From the NCBI GenBank assembly GCA_038248345.1, contig JBBRXO010000001.1, forward strand, positions 70,946 to 134,945: a DNA stretch of 64,000 nucleotides. The letters run 5' to 3'. The DNA comes from Armatimonadota bacterium (GTDB taxonomy: Bacteria > Armatimonadota > Hebobacteria > CAIYQO01). The notes under the pieces are model-generated. The model saw only the letters and a program-made list of their open reading frames with translations, did no database searches and had not been told where the DNA came from. Within the stretch, counting starts at the first letter, position 1. Each line of letters starts with the position of its first letter. The position numbers and the translations under genes are program-made. This document shows, piece by piece, positions 9,421-17,371 of the stretch.

Positions 9421-9901
9421 ACGCCTTGAGGTTGCCCGCCATGATCGGAAGTCATTCGATTGCGGACAGCCGTCATTGAATACCTTTCTAAGCCAGTACG
9501 CTCGACAGTTTGGTGAGAAAAACGTTGGGGTGACCTGGGTTGCCGTTGATAATGCAGCGCCAGCAAAAATTATCGGTTACTACAACTTGAACGACGGCGC
9601 ACTAATCCCTGATGACTTGCCACTGGCTAATAATGCGCTTCCACAAGTACCTATCATACTGCTGGGGCGTCTGGCGGTAGACCAGACCGCCCAAGGAAGG
9701 GGAATAGGGCGTATGTTACTCCTGCACGCCTTGCACCACGCCCATTACTTCTCTACCCAAATTGGCGTCCATGCCGTAGTTGTCGATGCACTGAACGATA
9801 GTGCCCGCGATTTCTATCAACAATACGGCTTTCAGCCCCTCCCCAACAACCCATTCCGCATGTATCTGAGCATATGCGATATAGCGAAATTGGACTGGTA
9901 A
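9407..9901 (+). CDS. GNAT-family acetyltransferase toxin (TacT/AtaT-like)
   Basis: HDRKSFDCGQPSLNTFL, LLGRLAVD-QGRGIG, VVVDALND-ARDFYQQYGF. Confidence 0.9.
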   Translation: MLQIERLEVARHDRKSFDCGQPSLNTFLSQYARQFGEKNVGVTWVAVDNAAPAKIIGYYNLNDGALIPDDLPLANNALPQVPIILLGRLAVDQTAQGRGIGRMLLLHALHHAHYFSTQIGVHAVVVDALNDSARDFYQQYGFQPLPNNPFRMYLSICDIAKLDW

Positions 9902-9959
9902 TTTCCCTCACTGGGGGCGCACGCTCCCAGCGGGCCCCGTAGCAAGGGCCGTTGTCTTA

Positions 9960-10118
9960 GAACCATGATTCGCCTGATTAGCGGATTGGCATGAAGATCA
10001 TGCCTCTGCTATTGAATAGCGCATCGTTGAGTGTAGGAAAAACCATTACTGCTGAGGCCATCCAATGGTGATGACAAATAGCACAGCAATAATCCTTTAA
10101 TCGGGCGAATCAAGGTTC
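9960..10118. repeat. MITE/REP-like element with 28-bp imperfect terminal inverted repeats
   Basis: GAACCATGATTCGCCTGATTAGCGGATT (9960-9987) versus the reverse complement of 10091-10118: 24/28 match. Confidence 0.7.
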
Positions 10119-10287
10119 AGGCAAAATGAACCGCTTCCCCTTTCTGTGTCCTCTGTGCCTCTGTGTTGAATAATAATCACATTCAACCAACATCTAGCAG
10201 GAATCTCCCTCCCGCTGTCGTAATTATAGAGTTATAAGCATTTTAACCGGGGAAAACAGCCGGTAAATAAACATTCGGGAGGATATT

Positions 10288-11784
10288 ATGCGTACTACCC
10301 CTATCGGCATCGCCATGCTCAATGACGAACGCCCGCACGTGTTCAAAATCAACAACGAAGCCAACATGGTTGTCGTTAACAAGTGGGCGGATATTATCCG
10401 CGCCAATGTGAAGAACATTGACGGCAGCGCGCCGGAGATCATCATCGGCTCGCAGACCATCAACAACCCCATCGCCGCGCAGAAGGTGGGCGAGGAGCTG
10501 GTGCGCGCCGGTTGCCGCTCTATCATCATGTGCTACAACGTGTGGGATTACCCCTACCTGGCGTGGCCCTTCATCAACACCGTGGGCAAGGACAAGCCCA
10601 TCCTCTCGCTCTCCAACAACAACGGCGAGTTCCCCGGCAATGTCGGCCTGCTCGCCTCGGACGGCGCATTGCGCCAAGGTGGCGTGAAGACGCACCGCAT
10701 CGTCGGTGACATGGATGACCCCGGTACCCTGTCTGAAGTCTTCGACTGGGTACGCGCCGCACAGGCCGTCACCTGTATGAAGAACGAGGTCTACGGCTCC
10801 TACGGCGCGCACAGCATGGGCATGGAGACGGGGTACTTCAACCTCTCCGGCACCCAGAAAGTCCTTGGCACCACCCTCTACAGCATCGACCAGTATCAAC
10901 TGGTACTGATGGCCGAAGCTATGCCCGCAGCGGAAGTCAAAAAAGGTATGGACTGGCTCAAAGAGATGCTGGGTGACCGCATCCTCTGGGACGGCGATGT
11001 CCTCACCGAGGAAACGTTGGGGCGCCAAATCCGCATCTACCTGGCCATGAAGCAGCTCAATGAAGAGTACGGTTTCGGTTCCTGCGGCCTCAAAGGCCAG
11101 CGCGAACTCACCGAGAACTACACCCTCGGCGACATTCCCGAGATGTTGATGAACGACCCCTACGACTGGTTCGGTCCGAAAGAGCCTATGGTCTGCGCCA
11201 CCGAAGCTGACGCCAACGCCGCCCTTACCATGCAAATGCTCAAATATGTCACCGGCGGACTCCCCGGCCTCTTCATGGACGTACGTCTCTATCTGCCGGA
11301 ACTTGGCATATGGGACTTCTGCAACTCCGGCAATCATGCCTCGTGGTACGCTGAGCGCAGCTTCGATCCGAAGGAGAACTTCAAGAAGATTACCTTCCAC
11401 CCGGCGCTGAAATATTACTTTAAAGCTGGCGGCGCTTCCATGTCCTTCGACGCCAAGCCCGGCCAGATGACCTTCGCCCGGCTGGGTTTCTACGACGAGA
11501 AGCCATTCATGTATATCACGCTGGGCGACGTCATGGAACTGCCCGCCGAGAAGCGCGCCGAAATCAACGCCAGCACCAACCCAACCTGGCCGCATGTACA
11601 TGCCAAGCTGGGCGGCACCATCGACGATTTCATCACCCTCTTCCCAGCCAACCACATCCAGGCCGCCCCCGGTGACCTGGTGCGCCCGCTGACGCAAATC
11701 TGCGAGATCACCGGCATCACCCCCATAATCGTCGGCGAAGGCGCTGACAAACGCATCGCCCCGATCTGGGAACGGGTGAAATAG
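10288..11784 (+). CDS. L-fucose/L-arabinose isomerase family protein
   Basis: PGNVGLLA, SMGM, KGQRELTE, CATEAD, LFMDVR, CNSG, TNPTWPH, NHI; GGAGG RBS. Confidence 0.85.
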   Translation: MRTTPIGIAMLNDERPHVFKINNEANMVVVNKWADIIRANVKNIDGSAPEIIIGSQTINNPIAAQKVGEELVRAGCRSIIMCYNVWDYPYLAWPFINTVGKDKPILSLSNNNGEFPGNVGLLASDGALRQGGVKTHRIVGDMDDPGTLSEVFDWVRAAQAVTCMKNEVYGSYGAHSMGMETGYFNLSGTQKVLGTTLYSIDQYQLVLMAEAMPAAEVKKGMDWLKEMLGDRILWDGDVLTEETLGRQIRIYLAMKQLNEEYGFGSCGLKGQRELTENYTLGDIPEMLMNDPYDWFGPKEPMVCATEADANAALTMQMLKYVTGGLPGLFMDVRLYLPELGIWDFCNSGNHASWYAERSFDPKENFKKITFHPALKYYFKAGGASMSFDAKPGQMTFARLGFYDEKPFMYITLGDVMELPAEKRAEINASTNPTWPHVHAKLGGTIDDFITLFPANHIQAAPGDLVRPLTQICEITGITPIIVGEGADKRIAPIWERVK

Positions 11785-11785
11785 A

Positions 11786-11836
11786 CCTAACCCCCATCCC
11801 CTTCCCGGCGCGGGAAGGGGTGCCGGGGGGTTAGGT
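11786..11836. repeat. GC-rich nested stem-loop (ACCTAACCCC...GGGGTTAGGT), REP-like or terminator
   Basis: Outer inverted repeat plus inner CCCCTTCCCG/CGGGAAGGGG, immediately after the stop codon. Confidence 0.7.
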
Positions 11837-11880
11837 AATCTTCCGGCATACGTCCTACATTGAACATTGAACGTTAAACA

Positions 11881-13071
11881 TTGAACAATAACACCCCCGA
11901 CACCCCCCCATACGGCGAAACCACCCGCGCTATCCACGCGGGGCAGGAGCCTGACGCTGCCTTTGGTGCGCTGGCCACGCCTATTTATCAGACGGCATCC
12001 TTCGCCTATGACTCGGTGGAGCAGGCCATCGCCCGCTCGGTGCATCTGGAGGAGGGTTACAACTACACGCGCGTGGCCAACCCCACTATCGATGCACTGG
12101 AGCATAAACTGGCCGACCTTGATGGCGCCGAGGAATGTATCGCCTTTGCCAGCGGCATGGGAGCAATTGCCGGGACCTTCCTGGGCTTATGCGGCTCCGG
12201 CGATCATGTTATCTGCGGAGTAAATATCTACGGGGCGACACAAGGGCTGCTCACCACCGTACTACAACGTTGGAACCTGCAGGTTACCTTTGTCGATGCG
12301 CGCGAACCGAGTAATATCGCCCGCGCCATCGGCCCGGATACCCGCCTCATCTACCTGGAAAGCCCCTCCAATCCCAGCCTGCAACTGGTAGACCTGGTGG
12401 CGGTGGCGCAACTCGCGCACGACCGCGGCATCATCAGCGTCATCGACAACACCTTCGCCGGGTCATCAAATCAGCAACCCCTCAAGCACGGCATTGATGT
12501 CGTCATCTACAGTGCCACCAAGTATATCAGCGGGCACGGCGACACCCTCGGCGGGGCGGTGCTGGGCAATGCACACCAGCTGCGGCGCATCCGCCAGGCG
12601 CAGATTCTGGTCGGCGCTACCATCAGCCCTTTTAACGCCTTCCTCTTATTACGGGGGCTGCAGACGCTGCCATTACGCATGCGCCAGCATAATGCCAACG
12701 CCATGGCTGTGGCGCGCTGGCTGCAGGCGAACCCGGCTGTGCCCGAGACCATCTACCCGGGATTAGAGAGCCACCCGCAGCACGAGCTGGCGAAGACGCA
12801 GATGTCCGGCTTTGGCGGCGTAGTCTGCTTTGATATGGGCAATGATGACGCCGCCCGCGCCGTGCAGAACGCCACCAAACTCATCACCATCGCCAGCAGC
12901 CTAGGCGATGTAAAGTCGCTCATCTCGCAGCCAGTCCACTTAAGCCACCGTTACCTTACTCCCGAAGAGCGCAAATTCGCCGGCGTCACCCCTGGATTGG
13001 TACGTCTCTCCGTTGGGCTGGAGGATGTGGAGGATATCATTGCTGATCTGGATGGGGCGATAGGTTCCTAG
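11881..13071 (+). CDS. PLP-dependent trans-sulfuration enzyme (methionine gamma-lyase/cystathionine gamma-synthase family)
   Basis: TRAIHAG, PIYQT, YTRVANPT, FASGMGAI, ESPSNP, DNTF, SATKYISGHGD, SLGD, LVRLSVGLE. Confidence 0.92.
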   Translation: MNNNTPDTPPYGETTRAIHAGQEPDAAFGALATPIYQTASFAYDSVEQAIARSVHLEEGYNYTRVANPTIDALEHKLADLDGAEECIAFASGMGAIAGTFLGLCGSGDHVICGVNIYGATQGLLTTVLQRWNLQVTFVDAREPSNIARAIGPDTRLIYLESPSNPSLQLVDLVAVAQLAHDRGIISVIDNTFAGSSNQQPLKHGIDVVIYSATKYISGHGDTLGGAVLGNAHQLRRIRQAQILVGATISPFNAFLLLRGLQTLPLRMRQHNANAMAVARWLQANPAVPETIYPGLESHPQHELAKTQMSGFGGVVCFDMGNDDAARAVQNATKLITIASSLGDVKSLISQPVHLSHRYLTPEERKFAGVTPGLVRLSVGLEDVEDIIADLDGAIGS

Positions 13072-13116
13072 TTCCTAGTATATTTCTAAGTCGAAGGCAA
13101 GGAAAGGATTTATCTC

Positions 13117-13851
13117 ATGGATCACTTCGCCCAACTAGCGGCAACATACGACATACTCATCGACTGGCCCACCCGGCTGGCGCGGGAGCGTCCATTTTTC
13201 GCCGGGCTTATCGACGGCAGGGACAAAGTGCTGGATGTCGGCTGCGGCACCGGGCACCATTGCCGCATGTTCACCGAGTTGGGCGCAGAAACGCTGGGAA
13301 TTGACCCCAGTGCCCCGATGCTGGAGCAAGCGCACGCTCTCACCAGCCGGGATAATCCGCGCTTTCAGGCAGGTGGGCTAGGCGATATCGCTCTGCTGGG
13401 CGAAAAGTTTGATCTCATCACCATCATCGGCAATACCCTCTCCTACGTCAGCGCGGCCGCCATGCTGGTACGCACATTACGCAGTGGATTTAAAACGCTC
13501 GCTCCCGGTGGGTGCCTAGTGACACAGACCATCAACTATGACCGGCTACTACTGGAAGGCAACCTACGCTTCCCCCTCATCGCCCGCCAACACGAAGGGG
13601 CGGACTACCTCTACCTGCGCGAATACCGCCTGCTAAAAAAACGTGCCGAATTCACCGTCCAACGCCTGAACAACGCCAGCGGCTGGAGCTACGAACTAGA
13701 ACGCAGCACCCACTACCCCATCAGGAGCACCCGCCTGGCTACAATGGCCCTGCGTGCAGGATTCAGTAAGGTTAATATCTATGGCGATTATGAACGGGGG
13801 GAGTTTAAGGCGGAGAGTTCCGGGAGTATTATTATGGTGGCGGCGAAGTAG
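13117..13851 (+). CDS. class I SAM-dependent methyltransferase
   Basis: VLDVGCGTG, GIDPS, FDLI, LAPGG. Confidence 0.88.
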   Translation: MDHFAQLAATYDILIDWPTRLARERPFFAGLIDGRDKVLDVGCGTGHHCRMFTELGAETLGIDPSAPMLEQAHALTSRDNPRFQAGGLGDIALLGEKFDLITIIGNTLSYVSAAAMLVRTLRSGFKTLAPGGCLVTQTINYDRLLLEGNLRFPLIARQHEGADYLYLREYRLLKKRAEFTVQRLNNASGWSYELERSTHYPIRSTRLATMALRAGFSKVNIYGDYERGEFKAESSGSIIMVAAK

Positions 13852-13947
13852 GTTATCAGAAAGTACTCCCTAACCCACCGAGCTGGTGCCAAATTTAATA
13901 CGCGCTGATGCGGGTAAATACCATTCAATATTGCCCTGAAGGGCAAT

Positions 13948-13985
13948 TACCCCCAAACCGTTTATGTTACAAACGATCTGGGGGT
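13948..13985. terminator. hairpin between convergent genes
   Basis: ACCCCCAAACCGTTT...AAACGATCTGGGGGT imperfect inverted repeat. Confidence 0.55.
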
Positions 13986-13996
13986 TAGGTATACTT

Positions 13997-16138
13997 TCAG
14001 CATCCCCCGCTATCATCCCCGTTGCTCAGCTCATCCTGCGATGTCGGGGTTGTTCTACCTGGCTGCAGCATAAAGCTCTTCGTCCAGTCGGGCATCGCCG
14101 GGGCGGTGCCTTTCAGCAGCATCTCCTGCCACGCTTCGTCGGTAAGGCGGTTTTCGCTGGGTTGCTGGAATTCATAGTAGCTGAAGGTCGCGCCGCGGGT
14201 GAGCACCAGTTTACCGCGGAAGGGTACCACCACCCATATCTCCGCCGCTTTTCCTACGCCTTCTTCCAACACCTCGTCATTATATGTATGTACATCAGCG
14301 ACCAGCGCCATGTTGCGGTCGGTGTTATTGGTAATATCCCACCATCCTGTATTGCCAGTGGTACCACTGGCAATCTGTATAATGGTAAGGGTCAGTGATT
14401 CCATGGTGCCGCCGTAGCGTTCCAGTTGCCGAAGTTCATCAGCCGACAAATCTTCGTTACGCAGTTCTTTACGCGAGGCCACAGCGAGGAAATCTACCAG
14501 ATCGGTGAATGTATTGAATTGTTCTGCCAGCTGCCCGCCATCTTCGACGAGTTGCCGGGAAACTAATCCCTCTTTATTGTATTTCAGCAACCAGGAGAGC
14601 CGCTCATATAGTTCCACCTGCGGTTCTACATATCCCGGACGCGGTGGCGGTGGGGTATCTTCACCATCGCCACATTCCGCTACTACGCTTTGTTTGGCAT
14701 AAAGGAGGGTATCGTGGCGCAATTCAGTCCAGCTCCCCAGGAAGGTGACCAGCGATTTATCCTGCCACGCCTGGTTGCGCATGAAGGACGGGTAGCCATC
14801 CCCCACCGGCGTGTTCAGCGGTTGCAGGCAGTACATCCAGCCGTAGTAGAGGTTCTGCTTCCAGTCATCCAGCGTGAGGGCGGCTACTTCTTTTTGTAGC
14901 TTGGCGCGTTGTTTGAGGTAATTCTCATATTTTGGCTGTTGGTAGGTGTTATCCAGCAGATCCGCTGCACGGGTGTTGCCCAGCACCGCTGGGACATCCA
15001 GCCCCATCGGGAAGCCGCGTTTAACATCCTCAGTCCCCACTTTGGGGTGTACCAGCTCCTGCAGATAGCGGGAGTCGGGGATAAAACGTTGCCCCATGAA
15101 GCGGAACTGCTGCCCCTGCACGCCGCCTTCCAGCCAGTTGTAGTTGGCGATGCCCGGCCCGGCGACCTCCGCTTGCACCAGCTTGCGGAATTCGTCAATT
15201 TTGGCGGCATCATCAAAGCGGCTGAATTCACCCGCGCCGAACTTCTTCGTAATGAGCGGCAACAACTGTGTGTAGGCGATGTCGTCGGCTTTGCCCACGT
15301 AGAAAACGGTGGGGTCATAGAGTCGCGCCCACAGGAAGGCGGCGTTGCCATTATAATCCAGTTGCTGGCTGATTGTGAGCGCCTGCAACACCGGCATCAT
15401 GTTCTCTTCGACCGTTGCCTTGGGATCGGGGCGCATATTCATCGGCACCAGCCCGTACCACATCATCTGCTTGAAGTAGAGTTTGAAGTCCTCCGAACGG
15501 GTGTAATGTCCGCGTGGGACGAACTGGCTGTAATCCACCTGCGCTCCGGTGAGACCTGGCCCCCAGGTATTATGCGCCTCGATGCGGGCGATCTCTCTGG
15601 CGGCCAACGCACTCACTTCATCGGGCAACTCTGGTTTCATCCCGGCGAGCAATAGCGGCACAGCGAAATAGGCGCTATTGCGGGTGAACGCCGTCTTCAG
15701 GCGCGCATTTTTCTCGTTGCTTAGTGCCCACAGGTTCTCCGCCAGCATGATTTTGCTCAGCTCCTTCACCGCCCGCATCAGCTTCTCTTTTTCCAGATAA
15801 CGCAGTGTGAAGTCGTAGAAAACATGGTAGGTGTGCAGCACCGAGTCGGTGGTGACGAAGGTGGGGATCTTCTGGTAGGCGTTGTTCTCGTAGACGTAGA
15901 ACAACTGCTCGTCCACCGTGGGGCGCGCTAGAAAGCCATTCCCGCTGAGGAGTTTTTGCTGCTCAGCGGTGAGTTTCGGCAGAATTTTAGCGTTCTCCAC
16001 ATTACCCAAATCCGCTTTCACGGTATAAGGTGCCACCTTCGCCTCGACGGGCACCGGTTTGTACACCGAGGTGCCGAAATTCTGCCCCATTGCCACCACC
16101 GCACCCACCAGTGCGCAAATAATTACTACCACTCGCAT
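13997..16138 (-). CDS. DUF3160 domain-containing secreted protein
   Basis: Signal peptide; FVTTDSVLH, DYSQFVPRGHYT, FRFMGQRF-PD, SWTELRHDTLLYAKQ, GYVEP, LVADVH, RLTDEAW. Confidence 0.85.
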   Translation of the reverse strand: MRVVVIICALVGAVVAMGQNFGTSVYKPVPVEAKVAPYTVKADLGNVENAKILPKLTAEQQKLLSGNGFLARPTVDEQLFYVYENNAYQKIPTFVTTDSVLHTYHVFYDFTLRYLEKEKLMRAVKELSKIMLAENLWALSNEKNARLKTAFTRNSAYFAVPLLLAGMKPELPDEVSALAAREIARIEAHNTWGPGLTGAQVDYSQFVPRGHYTRSEDFKLYFKQMMWYGLVPMNMRPDPKATVEENMMPVLQALTISQQLDYNGNAAFLWARLYDPTVFYVGKADDIAYTQLLPLITKKFGAGEFSRFDDAAKIDEFRKLVQAEVAGPGIANYNWLEGGVQGQQFRFMGQRFIPDSRYLQELVHPKVGTEDVKRGFPMGLDVPAVLGNTRAADLLDNTYQQPKYENYLKQRAKLQKEVAALTLDDWKQNLYYGWMYCLQPLNTPVGDGYPSFMRNQAWQDKSLVTFLGSWTELRHDTLLYAKQSVVAECGDGEDTPPPPRPGYVEPQVELYERLSWLLKYNKEGLVSRQLVEDGGQLAEQFNTFTDLVDFLAVASRKELRNEDLSADELRQLERYGGTMESLTLTIIQIASGTTGNTGWWDITNNTDRNMALVADVHTYNDEVLEEGVGKAAEIWVVVPFRGKLVLTRGATFSYYEFQQPSENRLTDEAWQEMLLKGTAPAMPDWTKSFMLQPGRTTPTSQDELSNGDDSGGC

Positions 16139-16140
16139 GA

Positions 16141-17187
16141 TCAGTCTCCTTTTTTCTTTTCAACAACGTCTGGCAATGAAATGCTATGCCAGCCCCCCGT
16201 CCACCACCCGGCCAGATGGGTATCATCCAAGCGGGTCAGCTCATCCAATGACGGCGGGGCCTCCGCCAACGTCGTCAAGTGGTAGTTGTCTCCATCGATA
16301 TTCAAGCGCCAGGCAAGTGCTTTGCCGGTAGTGTCATGACCGAAAAGAAGCACCAGCGAATCAAAGGCAGTGATTGCCACCATTCCCGCCACGCTCTCGG
16401 TAGTCCAGTCGCGCACGTAGCCGAACTGTGCCGGGGTGTAGCAACTCAGGCCGTTGCCGCCGTCGGCGGTCACCTCCAGCGCCACCATGCACCAGTTGCC
16501 GTCCATACGCTGGTCGCAATGCACGACATCAAGGTAGGGACGTGATAAACGTGAACCCAGCCAGCGTTTCTCAACGACGCCATTTTTCCACGCATAAAGG
16601 AACATGCAATTGTGTGCAAAATTGGCGAAGGCCGTACTTTTATAGGTGGCAACCGCCAGCCGCTCCTCCCCCGGCACCGCCGCCCACCAGAGTTTCCATG
16701 GACGGTAGGCCGCTGGGATATCCACAACCACTGCACAAGTGAATTCATGCTCCCAGTTCGCCTGGTAGAGAACGCCATTTACCGGTACAGGAGTCCCGGG
16801 ATCGCCGGTGAGCGCCACCGCCGCTGCTTTCCCACCACGAGCAGGTAGAAGCTGCAAAATAGGTGCCGGGAAATCCCCAATTTTAAGCAGCGTATTGCTG
16901 GTGAGATCAAAGCGGAAAAGCTGCTTCCCCTGTGCAACCAACAATGCAGCGCCATCGAAAAAACTTCCCGCTTTGACTAGTGAGTCTTTTGCGACAGGAA
17001 GTGTAATTAAATCGGTAAATGCTCCGTCCTTCACCGACGCCAGCCGCAGCATATCGCTATCATGGGCTGCGATGAGGGTAATATCATGCTCCTGCCAAAC
17101 GACAACATGAGACGCACCGGCAACAAATACTTGCAGGCCAAATAGTAGCATCATACTTACGAGAAGAACATGGAAGCCAGCACGCAT
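16141..17187 (-). CDS. hypothetical secreted protein, co-transcribed with DUF3160
   Basis: Signal peptide; 2-nt gap to the DUF3160 start; WLGSRLSRP segment. Confidence 0.75.
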   Translation of the reverse strand: MRAGFHVLLVSMMLLFGLQVFVAGASHVVVWQEHDITLIAAHDSDMLRLASVKDGAFTDLITLPVAKDSLVKAGSFFDGAALLVAQGKQLFRFDLTSNTLLKIGDFPAPILQLLPARGGKAAAVALTGDPGTPVPVNGVLYQANWEHEFTCAVVVDIPAAYRPWKLWWAAVPGEERLAVATYKSTAFANFAHNCMFLYAWKNGVVEKRWLGSRLSRPYLDVVHCDQRMDGNWCMVALEVTADGGNGLSCYTPAQFGYVRDWTTESVAGMVAITAFDSLVLLFGHDTTGKALAWRLNIDGDNYHLTTLAEAPPSLDELTRLDDTHLAGWWTGGWHSISLPDVVEKKKGD

Positions 17188-17371
17188 AATACGAGCCTTT
17201 CATCACCATGAATTTACATACAATTATAGCATAATGCGGTATAGATTATGGGGTGATTGTTGAGTTATTACGACAATGTAGGATTCCCTTTGTGAGAAAA
17301 TGATTTTCCTCGGACCGCTTGTTGGTGGGGCAGGCCAATGCGGAGATTGACGTTCCCAGGGGAACCTTACC

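Noticed and set aside
10243..12105. 620-aa antisense ORF
   Set aside because: Shadow of the strongly codon-biased fucose isomerase gene; it runs through a repeat hairpin and has no motifs
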